Assembly: GCA_016201505.1 (NCBI GenBank)
Contig: JACQCQ010000013.1
Coordinates: 80,830 to 144,829 of the forward strand
Reading direction: 5' to 3'
Source: Candidatus Sungiibacteriota bacterium
GTDB taxonomy: Bacteria; Patescibacteriota; Minisyncoccia; Sungbacterales; JACQCQ01
Length of the DNA stretch: 64,000 nucleotides
Both the position numbers and the translations under genes were made by a program. The notes beneath the pieces were generated by a model. That model did not search any database. It was not told the origin of the DNA and saw only the letters and a program-made list of their open reading frames with translations. Below, piece after piece: positions 9,375-17,868 of the stretch (position 1 is its first letter; the number at the start of each line of letters is the position of its first letter).

Positions 9375-10325
9375 TCACTTCTCCACTTCAGCCGCCGGGC
9401 TCCGGCGCTGCATCCCCAAGATATAGTTATAGGCCGAAAGCGCCGCCTTGACCGCATCGCCCACCGAGATGTTATTTTGTTTGTAAATTTCGTCGGTGAC
9501 GTCACCAGCGGCATAAATCCCGAGCTTCGAAGTTGTACCAGTTTTATGATCAATCAGAACTTCCCCAAACGGATTCATCTCGACTAGGCCTTTTGCAATG
9601 TCTGAATTTGGCACCGCGCCAATTTCGACAAAGACCCCTTCCACTGCGAGCTCTTTTTCCTCACCGGTTTTGGCGTCTTTATACTTCAACCCCCTGACAA
9701 AATCGGCGCCCAAAACCTCTTGCGTTAAAGCATCATAAATAATTTCAACTTTGGAATTTGCCCGCACCTCATCTTGCGTGACCGGGTCTCCTTTCAGACT
9801 GTCGGAGCGCACCAAGAGATAAATTTTTGAGGCATAGGGCGTCAGATCCACGACCGCCTCAAGTCCCGCGTTCCCGCCGCCAACCACCGCCACCTTCTTT
9901 TCTGGAAAAAGCGGCGCATCGCAGGTGGCGCAAAAAACTACGCCCTTGCCTTCAAATTTGGCCTCGCCGGGAACACCGAGTCTTCTCCTGCGGCTGCCGG
10001 AGGCGAGGATAATTGTCTTGGTCTCAAAAGACTTCCCCCCATCGGTTTCCACCAGAAATCCGCCAGCAATTTCTGAAATTTTATTGGCGAGTTCGCCTGA
10101 AACAACTTCGAGTCCCTTTTGCGCCCGAATATGCCGCTCCAGTTTTTGGGTTAAATCAAAGCCGGTGAGCAATTCATCCCCAATCCAATTTTCGATCGAA
10201 GCCGACACCGCCGACTGCCCGCCAAACTCTTTAGCAATCAAAACGGACTTTAATTTTTTTCGCGCGACATAGACTGCAGCCCCTGCCGCTGCTGGTCCGC
10301 CGCCGATGATTACCACGTCATACAT
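9375..10325 (-). CDS. trxB: Thioredoxin reductase.
   Basis: VVIIGGGPAA FAD motif; redox-active CATCDA motif; second NAD(P)-binding motif VAVVGGGNAG. Confidence 0.9.
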   Translation of the reverse strand: MYDVVIIGGGPAAAGAAVYVARKKLKSVLIAKEFGGQSAVSASIENWIGDELLTGFDLTQKLERHIRAQKGLEVVSGELANKISEIAGGFLVETDGGKSFETKTIILASGSRRRRLGVPGEAKFEGKGVVFCATCDAPLFPEKKVAVVGGGNAGLEAVVDLTPYASKIYLLVRSDSLKGDPVTQDEVRANSKVEIIYDALTQEVLGADFVRGLKYKDAKTGEEKELAVEGVFVEIGAVPNSDIAKGLVEMNPFGEVLIDHKTGTTSKLGIYAAGDVTDEIYKQNNISVGDAVKAALSAYNYILGMQRRSPAAEVEK

Positions 10326-10418
10326 GAGCTGGAATTACGAATCATGAATTAAGAATAGAGGAAATACGATTGGGAGCCAAACTTCTTAATTCTCAACTCT
10401 TACTTCTTAATTCTAGTC

Positions 10419-10679
10419 CTATTTGCCCGTCGCCCAGCCTTTCAGGTCCTCGTAGTCGGCCTCGCCGCATAGAAAAGCTTTTGTTTCGGTATTAACAAAA
10501 AACGGCACGCCGCCGCAAAGCCCCTTATCAAGTTCCGCCAGTTTTTGGCCATTTTCCTCGTTCTGCCAAACTTCAAGAGACTCAATTTCTATACCTTCCT
10601 GCTTCAGCCGGTCTATTAAAGGCCTCATTCGCTCGCAGTGCGGGCAACCATTGCCGTAAAACTCTATCAACATAACCAC
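10419..10679 (-). CDS. Small thioredoxin/glutaredoxin-like redox protein (CPHC).
   Basis: YGNGCPHCE active-site motif; 86 aa. Confidence 0.7.
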   Translation of the reverse strand: MVMLIEFYGNGCPHCERMRPLIDRLKQEGIEIESLEVWQNEENGQKLAELDKGLCGGVPFFVNTETKAFLCGEADYEDLKGWATGK

Positions 10680-10755
10680 ACGACATTACAAAATAAGCCA
10701 CGAGTACCTGCAAATATTGGTATATTTTGGTGTGCCGTTTTGTACAGATCCGTGG

Positions 10756-10998
10756 TTACTTGATACCCAAAGCTTCCGCAATGCGCGGCTTATCAAAGCC
10801 GATAATGATCTTGCCGCCAATATCAATCACCGGCACCCCAATCTGCCTAGATTTGGCAATCATTTCCTCACGGGCTTTCGTGTCGGAGGCCACATTGACC
10901 TCTTCATACTTTACATCGTTCTCGGCAAAAAAGGATTTGGCCATCTTGCAATACACGCAGACTGGTGTCGTATAAATTTTTACGGATGGTGTTGGCAT
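10756..10998 (-). CDS. Glutaredoxin-like protein (NrdH/Grx family).
   Basis: KIYTTPVCVYCKMAK CxxC motif and a glutaredoxin-like C-terminal GVP...IGG pattern; 80 aa. Confidence 0.8.
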   Translation of the reverse strand: MPTPSVKIYTTPVCVYCKMAKSFFAENDVKYEEVNVASDTKAREEMIAKSRQIGVPVIDIGGKIIIGFDKPRIAEALGIK

Positions 10999-11047
10999 AC
11001 AATGTTCTTATTGTTATTTTATCACAGACGTCAATACTAGCCCTGCG

Positions 11048-11782
11048 TTACTTTGCCGCTTCAAGAGCCGCCTCAATCGCGGCTTTAAATTGTGCGTAGG
11101 GCTGGGCGCCGGAAATCCCGATGCCGTTTACAAAAGTGAAGGGCGTACCGTTCACGCCCAGCCGCGTACCCGCCCCGACTTCTTTGGCGATCGCCTCGGC
11201 GTACTTGCCCGAATCGAGACAATCATTGAATTTGGCCTGATCAAGCCCGATGTTTTTTGCCCACAGCTTCAGATTGGCAATTGAAAGATCGGGCTGGTTT
11301 TGAAAAATCGCATCGTGCATTTGCCAGAACTTGTTCTCTTCTTTGGCGCATTGGCCGGCTTCTGCGGCTTTTTCGGCCATGGGATGAATACTGGAAAGGG
11401 GAAAATCACGATAGACGAATTTCACTTTACCCGTGCGCACATAATCGCGGACCAAGCCCGGCTCGACCGACTGGAAAAATTGTTCGCAAAACGGACACTG
11501 GAAATCTGAAAACTCAACGACCGCGACTTTGGCGTTCGGATCACCAAGTATGGGATCGTCACTGGCGTAATAGGCCGCGGTGTCGGGAGAAGTATTTTTT
11601 GTGTCGCGCTTCAATGACGGAGCGCCGTTTGAATAAAGCACCGCGAGCGCAATGATAACGCCTGCCGCAATAATCGATCCGGGTATCAAATAATTCGTTT
11701 GGCCATCGGGGGCTTTTATTTCTTCGTCCATAGGCGGAAAAAATGAAGCTCGCGGCGTAGCCGCGAACATCTTGCATTTCAT
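11048..11782 (-). CDS. DsbA-family thiol:disulfide oxidoreductase, membrane-anchored. The start is uncertain.
   Basis: FSDFQCPFCEQF thioredoxin-like CxxC motif; N-terminal TM helix; DsbA-like length. Confidence 0.7.
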   Translation of the reverse strand: MKCKMFAATPRASFFPPMDEEIKAPDGQTNYLIPGSIIAAGVIIALAVLYSNGAPSLKRDTKNTSPDTAAYYASDDPILGDPNAKVAVVEFSDFQCPFCEQFFQSVEPGLVRDYVRTGKVKFVYRDFPLSSIHPMAEKAAEAGQCAKEENKFWQMHDAIFQNQPDLSIANLKLWAKNIGLDQAKFNDCLDSGKYAEAIAKEVGAGTRLGVNGTPFTFVNGIGISGAQPYAQFKAAIEAALEAAK

Positions 11783-12064
11783 CCTGATGAACTCATGCAA
11801 GATACAGCGCCTGCCGGCAGGCAGGGAATCCCCGCCTGCCATCTGCCTGTCACACGAGCTTAGGAAAGTGTGAGGATATAGAGTGTTCTGGCGATATATG
11901 GCGGAGTCTTATGACACAGGCACTGGCGGGCAGGCGCCAAAGCATCCGCATCTCGACTCAGCGGGCGATCATCGCTGTTTTTGAGTAAATATTTAAATGC
12001 GCTAAAAGCCTCCTGGCGGCGGCGGAGCTTCCCCATCATACGGGAAGTTCTAGTCGCTGGCAAA

Positions 12065-13294
12065 TTATATCTGGTCGAGAGGCACCTCGGGATTAGAAAG
12101 CAGCGCGAGACTCTGGCTCATATTTCTATGCTCCAAAATCCAGCGCGAAATGAGAGACTGGCTTTTGGCCGAGTTTATAAAAAAAGCACCTTTTATGATC
12201 CCCTGGCCAAGATACATTTCTTGATAGGCCAGAGGTTTTTTTGTCTCCCGGATAACGCGCTGATAGGACGCGTTCGAACTCCCCACCACGCTGATATGTA
12301 AACCTAAATTCGTGATCGAATACGAGGAAATATTGAGAAAGGCCTTTTTTCCACCCGCCATATTGGCCCCCGCGGCTTTCCCCTGAAGGAAAGCGTTATT
12401 CCAGTTGCCGACGGTATGCACTTCGCCTAAGGCGAGATCCTGAAATTCCGCCGCGTCTCCGGCAGCATAAACATCAAAAGCTCCTGTTTCCAAGAATTCA
12501 TCAGTAATGACGCCGTAGGTTCCGAGTGTAATGCCGGAGCCGGTTAAAAAATGAATGTTTCTTTCTACGCCAATCCCGACGCACAAGGCATCACACAGAA
12601 TTTTTTTCCCGTTCCGCGTCAAAACGCCGGCGATGGCTCCATCTTTTGACGCGATCGAATTAATCGTGTCGCCCAGATGCAGTTCGAACTCATGATCCTC
12701 AAAGTTTTTTTCGAGTATCGCACTGCCCGCCGGGCCAGAAAACTTCGAAAAAAAATGTTCTTCCGGCGCAACTAAAATCGTTTTAATCCCGCGCAGCGAC
12801 AGAGTCTCGAGAAACTCGAGCGCGATAAATCCGCCGCCGAGCACGACTGCCTGCTTGATATTCGGCAAGGCTTGGTAAAAAAGATCAGCATCGTCAACCG
12901 TTTGCAGTCTAAAAATATTTGAAACCCCAGCTCCACCGGGAAAAGGCAGCGGAAAAACTTTGCCGCCGGTCGAAATCAGTAACTTGCGGTATCGGACAAC
13001 GGCCCCGCTTTGTAGCACGACGTCATGCCGCTCGGGACGAACCTGAATCGCCTCCTCGCCCGCAAACACGTGGATATTTTTTTTGTCAAAATCTTTAATC
13101 GTCCGCATGAAAACCTGACCCCGTTTGATCCTCTGTTTTAAATACGAGGGGAGCAGAACGCGCGAATAGAGCATATGCGGCTCGTTCGTAATTACCGCGA
13201 TAGATCCCGAGGCATCTTTTTCGCGGATTGTTTCAGCCGCGGTAATGCCGGCAATGCCCCCACCGATAATCAGATAATCAACTGTTTGATCCAT
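12065..13294 (-). CDS. FAD-dependent pyridine nucleotide-disulfide oxidoreductase family protein.
   Basis: YLIIGGGIAG FAD dinucleotide motif, second Rossmann VVLGGGFIALEF, and C-terminal AAGD motif (YAAGDAAEF). Confidence 0.8.
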   Translation of the reverse strand: MDQTVDYLIIGGGIAGITAAETIREKDASGSIAVITNEPHMLYSRVLLPSYLKQRIKRGQVFMRTIKDFDKKNIHVFAGEEAIQVRPERHDVVLQSGAVVRYRKLLISTGGKVFPLPFPGGAGVSNIFRLQTVDDADLFYQALPNIKQAVVLGGGFIALEFLETLSLRGIKTILVAPEEHFFSKFSGPAGSAILEKNFEDHEFELHLGDTINSIASKDGAIAGVLTRNGKKILCDALCVGIGVERNIHFLTGSGITLGTYGVITDEFLETGAFDVYAAGDAAEFQDLALGEVHTVGNWNNAFLQGKAAGANMAGGKKAFLNISSYSITNLGLHISVVGSSNASYQRVIRETKKPLAYQEMYLGQGIIKGAFFINSAKSQSLISRWILEHRNMSQSLALLSNPEVPLDQI

Positions 13295-13346
13295 TGAGTT
13301 AAGTCTAAAGGACAAATGCCAAATGCCAAATTACGACTCATAAAAG

Positions 13347-13379
13347 AAAAAGCCCGAAGGGCTTTTTCTTTTATGAGTT
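13347..13379 (-). terminator. Rho-independent terminator downstream of the 13378..13692 ORF.
   Basis: AAAAGAAAAAGCCCGAAGGGCTTTTTCTTTTAT hairpin with a U-run on the minus strand. Confidence 0.6.
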
Positions 13380-13692
13380 AGAACTCTCTTCGTCCTCCTC
13401 CGCCGAAGTTTCGGCGGGGCGGTCTGTCGCCTCGAACTTCCTTGAAGCAATCGAAGCAATAGACCGGGCGGCCGGCTGTCGGCTGAAAGGGTACCGTCGT
13501 ATCCTTGCCGCATTTTGAACATGTTGCGGCAAACTTCGGTCGGTCAGCTCCAAAGCCGCCTCCCCCCTGGCGCGGCTGGTAGCCGCCACCATCCTGTTGC
13601 ATATTATCGTCCACGTTGATGCGATCCCAAAATTTGTATTCTTTTGGAGATCTCCACTTAATTTCGAACCCACTCTTTGGGAGCCGTATCAA
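13378..13692 (-). CDS. Small zinc-ribbon protein with Gly/Arg-rich (RGG-like) segments.
   Basis: CSKCGKDTTVPFQPTAGRPVYCFDCF (CxxC-x17-CxxC) plus GGGYQPRQGGGGFG and GGGGRREF. High GC. Dedicated terminator. Confidence 0.4.
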   Translation of the reverse strand: MIRLPKSGFEIKWRSPKEYKFWDRINVDDNMQQDGGGYQPRQGGGGFGADRPKFAATCSKCGKDTTVPFQPTAGRPVYCFDCFKEVRGDRPPRRNFGGGGRREF

Positions 13693-13792
13693 CGTGTTCG
13701 CCTACTAATTTACTAGACTACCCTCGTGATCGATTCTCTTATCTGAGCGTAAAAAGAGCATAGCACCGATACATCAAAAGTCAATAAACAAA

Positions 13793-13825
13793 AACGCGGC
13801 CCCGAGGGGGGCCGCTTAACTCTCT
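13793..13825 (-). terminator. Rho-independent terminator downstream of the P-loop kinase gene.
   Basis: GCGGCCCCGAGGGGGGCCGC hairpin flanked by an A-run on the plus strand. Confidence 0.6.
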
Positions 13826-14501
13826 AACGGCGAAGTTTCAAGAGAACGCGGTCAACCGCTCCCTTCCAGCGCCTGGCATCAGTCGTGTCGATCTCTATAA
13901 CTCGGACCGGGAGTTTTTTCAGGACCCACTGCCCGCCGGTCTGGTTCACCCACCGATAGTGCCGCGGCGTTCGGCGCCACATTTCGCGAAGCTTCACTGC
14001 TGCGCCTTTCGTCTGGCCCGTTCCCCGCCATTTCGATGTCGCGCCGCCAAAGAAGTCGCTTGCATGACTTCGGTAAGTCGCCGCTATCGTGCGGCCAACC
14101 ATGACATCAAAATCGCAATGCGTTCGGACATACACGAGACGAATGCGGTGCGCCTTCGCTAAACGTTTGATTCTCGCCCGCTTTTTCGCGTCGCTGAAGT
14201 CCGAGTCGAGAACGACGCTTCCGCTGCTCTCGATTACACGAAGTGCCGCATCCTCCGCGATACGGCGAGCATTTTCGTAACGCTCGCCCTGCTTGCGGAG
14301 CTCGACGCGAATGTTATCGCCAGCGATGACGACAGCACCGATGCGTGCTGCCGCGTAACGAGCAACGGAACTCTTGCCTGATCCGACCAACCCGATCATC
14401 GCGAGAATCACCGGGCGCTTCGTCCGTCGCTTTGGCACATCAAGACCGCGCATGAATGTTTTTTCGGCGCGTCGCTCTTTTCGGGTAAGGGTTGTTTTCA
14501 T
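13824..14501 (-). CDS. P-loop NTPase / predicted kinase (AAA_33 or zeta-toxin-like fold) in a high-GC island.
   Basis: Walker A MIGLVGSGKSS and a Walker-B-like hhhhD segment (VVLDSD). GC is about 60%, unlike the neighbours. Confidence 0.55.
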   Translation of the reverse strand: MKTTLTRKERRAEKTFMRGLDVPKRRTKRPVILAMIGLVGSGKSSVARYAAARIGAVVIAGDNIRVELRKQGERYENARRIAEDAALRVIESSGSVVLDSDFSDAKKRARIKRLAKAHRIRLVYVRTHCDFDVMVGRTIAATYRSHASDFFGGATSKWRGTGQTKGAAVKLREMWRRTPRHYRWVNQTGGQWVLKKLPVRVIEIDTTDARRWKGAVDRVLLKLRR

Positions 14502-14565
14502 ATGTCCTCCAGTCTGCTAGATTCAGTTCCGTCATATACCGCGGGGACTTTCCTGTCAATATTAT

Positions 14566-15633
14566 TCACAGGAAATAATGACGCACATCATGGAAACTGA
14601 TAAATAAAACCAAAATAAGAATCAAGATGATGCCTGCGGTGTGCGCCAGTTGCTCATGCCGCATATGGACCGGGCGGCCGCGAATCTTTTCCGTAAGCAA
14701 GAATAAAATCCTGCCCCCATCCAGTCCGGGAAACGGGATGACGTTTAGTACCGCAAGACTAACGGAGAGCGCGGCCACAAATTGAATAAAATAAACAAAC
14801 CCGAGCTTGGCAAATTGATTGGTTAAGACGAAAACGCCGATTGGGCCCGAAACACTTTCGGGAATGCGCCCCTCGATGACACCGGACTTAAAAATAGAAC
14901 CAAAGGCTTCAAGCGTTGCGCGAAGCGCATACCAAAGACTTTTCGCCCCATACCAGGGGGCTTTATACCAGGCAACTTTATATATCCCGACGTCAGCCAG
15001 CGCGATACCGAGCGGCCCCTCTCCCGCCGGAGGATTTTTTCGTGCTTCAACATCAACGACCTGCGTGTCCGATCCGTTTTGGATGGTAATATGCAACGTT
15101 TCGCCTTTATGCCGGTTTACAAAAAAAACCAGATCATCGGCACTCTTCGGCACCAAACTTTCATTGGTGGCAACTAGTTTCTCGACGATGCTCCCGAAAC
15201 TAATTTTGGCCTTCGCGGCTGGACCATCTGAAGCGACATCGGTGATCGTTACCTTTTGATTGACCGTATCACTATCTCCGACAGATGGAACACCGATGCC
15301 AAAGCCAATCGAAAATAAAACCCAGGCCAAAACCAGGTTCATGAAAACGCCGGCCAAAATAATAACCACCCGATGCCAAATGGGATGCGAGGCAAAGCTT
15401 TTTTTATTATCCGCCCCTTCGCCTGATTCACCGAATAATCTAACAAACCCGCCGAGTGGAACGAGATTTAAGGAATAGATTGTCTCGCCCACTTTTTTAG
15501 CCAAAATCCGCGGCGGAAATCCAAAGCCAAACTCGTCAACGCGAATGCCGAAACTCCGCGCCGCAAAAAAATGTCCCCACTCGTGAACAAGGACAATGAC
15601 TACAAGAACAGCGATAAAGATAATGACGGACAT
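14566..15633 (-). CDS. rseP: Site-2 protease, M50 zinc metalloprotease.
   Basis: HEWGHF (HExxH) in the first TM helix; PDZ-like middle region; multi-TM architecture. Confidence 0.85.
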   Translation of the reverse strand: MSVIIFIAVLVVIVLVHEWGHFFAARSFGIRVDEFGFGFPPRILAKKVGETIYSLNLVPLGGFVRLFGESGEGADNKKSFASHPIWHRVVIILAGVFMNLVLAWVLFSIGFGIGVPSVGDSDTVNQKVTITDVASDGPAAKAKISFGSIVEKLVATNESLVPKSADDLVFFVNRHKGETLHITIQNGSDTQVVDVEARKNPPAGEGPLGIALADVGIYKVAWYKAPWYGAKSLWYALRATLEAFGSIFKSGVIEGRIPESVSGPIGVFVLTNQFAKLGFVYFIQFVAALSVSLAVLNVIPFPGLDGGRILFLLTEKIRGRPVHMRHEQLAHTAGIILILILVLFISFHDVRHYFL

Positions 15634-15686
15634 ACAATCAAAGTACATTATTCTAACTTATCAAACCATAGCGTTGCATCATCGAT

Positions 15687-15718
15687 AAAAGTTCGATAGA
15701 CTAGTCTATCGAACTTTT
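15687..15718. promoter_or_regulatory. Operator type 2, copy a: AAAAGTTCGATAGACT|AGTCTATCGAACTTTT, 32-bp perfect palindrome between the TrpR-like gene stop and the rseP start.
   Basis: Perfect inverted repeat sharing the core GTTCGATAGACTAGTCTATCGAAC with copies at 16149, 20417, 29422 and 35243. Confidence 0.6.
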
Positions 15719-15804
15719 TCACATTGCGGCTAACGAGCGCTTCCATCTTTTAAAACTTGCGGGCGAGCCTTTTACGGGTAGATCGAGCAACGCGATTACT
15801 TTCT

Positions 15805-16143
15805 CTAATGTTCCCATGAAACCTTTGAATTTTTCTGATTTTTGTGGATCAGAATAATTTTTGCATAGCCTCCCGCCGAACGTACTAGCTCCCTTTCGAC
15901 TGAATACACGGTGCTCTTACTTATTTTAAGAATTCTACAAATCGCAATCACATCAAATCCTTGTTCGATGAAAAACGCAACCATAAAACGTTTTGCGAGC
16001 ATCACTTTCTCGCTCCGCGTGAAGAATTCAGAAAGAAACAACGAGGCGTCGACTTCTCGAAGCTTCCCTAAGGCTCTAAACAGCGAGGAGATTATTTCCT
16101 GTTCGAATTCTTTTGAAATTTTATTCTGTGATACTCTCGGCAT
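15805..16143 (-). CDS. TrpR-related YerC/YecD-family small DNA-binding protein.
   Basis: 112 aa. The segment EKVMLAKRFMVAFFIEQGFDVIAICRILKISKSTVYSVERELVRSAGGY matches the YerC/YecD Trp-repressor-like HTH pattern. Confidence 0.75.
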   Translation of the reverse strand: MPRVSQNKISKEFEQEIISSLFRALGKLREVDASLFLSEFFTRSEKVMLAKRFMVAFFIEQGFDVIAICRILKISKSTVYSVERELVRSAGGYAKIILIHKNQKNSKVSWEH

Positions 16144-16148
16144 AGTAT

Positions 16149-16180
16149 ATTAGTTCGATAGACTAGTCTATCGAACTAAT
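16149..16180. promoter_or_regulatory. Operator type 2, copy b: ATTAGTTCGATAGACT|AGTCTATCGAACTAAT, 32-bp perfect palindrome 5 nt upstream of the TrpR-like start codon and overlapping the tlyA stop.
   Basis: Perfect palindrome with the same 24-bp core as 15687-15718. Confidence 0.6.
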
Positions 16181-16904
16181 TGACAGTGTAGCGAAAATGA
16201 ACGAGGTACTCAACATTACCCTTTGCGCCCCGAATTGGTGATTCGGCGGATCCAGCTACTTCCCAGCCCTGAAGTTTCGCCCAGTTTAAAAATTTATGAA
16301 GCGCAGTTTTTCGAATTTCCGCATCGGTTACAATGCCGTGATGAATCTCGCGTAAGTCTACTTCATATTGCGGTTTAAAAAGAAATACCCCTTCGGCGGT
16401 ACTCGCTAAAAACTTTTTTACCGATAGCAGAATATATCTAAGCGAGGTAAACGAAACATCACAGGTGACAAATTCTATTGGTTCCGGCAATGAGACAAGA
16501 TAAAGCAAATTCGTCTCTTCCATCACGACGATGCGCGGATCCTCGCGCAATTTTAAGGCCAGCTTCCCGCGCGCCGTATCAATAGCATAAACTTTTTTGG
16601 CGCCATGATTTAATAAGACTTCCGTAAATCCGCCAATGGCCGCGCCAATATCGGCGCAAACTTTTCCTTCGACGTTAAGGTCAAACTTTTCAAATGCGCC
16701 TTCTAATTTATAGCCGCCGCGGCCGACGTATTTTCTCGGCTCGCGCACTTTTAAAATCGCCTCTTGCAGATAAAGCTCTGCCGGCGAAACGGCTTTCCGG
16801 CCTCCGACAAAAATATCGCCTTCGGTTACGCGAATAAAAGCTTCGGCTTTACCTTTCACAATCCCCCGCTCGATCAAAATTTCGTCCAGTCGCTTCTTTT
16901 TCAT
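16176..16904 (-). CDS. tlyA: TlyA-family rRNA 2'-O-methyltransferase (hemolysin A-like).
   Basis: S4-like N-terminus, YVGRGGYKLEGAFEKF, SAM-binding CADIGAAIGGFTEVLL and VYAIDTARG motifs. Confidence 0.85.
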   Translation of the reverse strand: MKKKRLDEILIERGIVKGKAEAFIRVTEGDIFVGGRKAVSPAELYLQEAILKVREPRKYVGRGGYKLEGAFEKFDLNVEGKVCADIGAAIGGFTEVLLNHGAKKVYAIDTARGKLALKLREDPRIVVMEETNLLYLVSLPEPIEFVTCDVSFTSLRYILLSVKKFLASTAEGVFLFKPQYEVDLREIHHGIVTDAEIRKTALHKFLNWAKLQGWEVAGSAESPIRGAKGNVEYLVHFRYTVN

Positions 16905-17033
16905 TTTTCTATCCTACTACAGACAAACTAGAAACGCCGCACGGAGTACACCCCGTGCGGCGTCTTCGCTTTCGCTCTTCGAGCTAAGCTACTAAAGCTT
17001 TAGTTAATGGCTGGATTTTCAATTCCTATACCA

Positions 17034-17071
17034 CTAGTACCTTTTATCCGATCGGATAAAAGGTACTAGCT
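17034..17071. promoter_or_regulatory. Operator type 1, copy c: ACTAGTACCTTTTATCCGA|TCGGATAAAAGGTACTAGC, in the frr-tlyA intergenic region.
   Basis: Near-perfect 38-bp palindrome with the same core TTTTATCCGATCGGATAAAA as copies at 1382 and 1978. Confidence 0.55.
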
Positions 17072-17283
17072 ACTGCTTAAAATTAAGTTTATACAAAATA
17101 CTGCAGGCGGTACAAACAAACAGCGCCTGAGGCCAGCCTCGGGATCTAGATCGCCCTTCTCAAGCTTGCATCCGGGGAGTTCCCACTTCCCCTGCAAAGA
17201 GCCCGAGGCGCGACGGCCAACCAGCACTTTTCCATCACGTTCGAGAATCAGCGCTGTTACTGTAGTTTGAGCCGTGATGCCCC

Positions 17284-17841
17284 CTAAACGGTCATGATCT
17301 CTCTTTCTTTGTGGGCGCCTGTATCTTCAATTTTTTTATTCATTTCGTCAATCAGTTTTTGGATTTCGCTTTTGCCGCGGAAATGGTCGTCTTTCGAAAT
17401 CGTTTTATCTTTTTCGGCACGATCCAATTCCTTCATTGACTCTTCGCGAACGCGTCGAACAGAAATTTTGGCCTCTTCAATTTTTTGATTCAGCAATTTA
17501 ATCAATTCGCGCCGCCGCTCTTCAGTTAATGCGGGGAGTGTCAGCCGAATACCATTTGAGTCGGCAATCGGATTCATACCGAGATTCGATTGCTGGATGG
17601 CTTTTTGAATCGGCTCCATGGCGCCCTTATCCCACGGGGCAATCATGATTTGGCGCGGCTCGGGGACACTGATGGCGGCAATCGCCCGCAATGGCTGTTT
17701 TGCGCCGTAATATTCAACTTCTAAATTTTCAACCAAGGCCGGCGTCGCCCGCCCGGTGCGCAGCGATAAAATCTCACCGCGAAAATGAATTAATGATTCT
17801 TCTAACTTCGGTTTTAATCCGTCGAGAGTTTGGGCAATCAT
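17284..17841 (-). CDS. frr: Ribosome recycling factor.
   Basis: Full-length RRF similarity (VENLEVEYYGAKQPL, IRLTLPALTEERRREL, ISKDD). Confidence 0.9.
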   Translation of the reverse strand: MIAQTLDGLKPKLEESLIHFRGEILSLRTGRATPALVENLEVEYYGAKQPLRAIAAISVPEPRQIMIAPWDKGAMEPIQKAIQQSNLGMNPIADSNGIRLTLPALTEERRRELIKLLNQKIEEAKISVRRVREESMKELDRAEKDKTISKDDHFRGKSEIQKLIDEMNKKIEDTGAHKEREIMTV

Positions 17842-17868
17842 ACTTGGGCAATCATACAGTGATTATAG

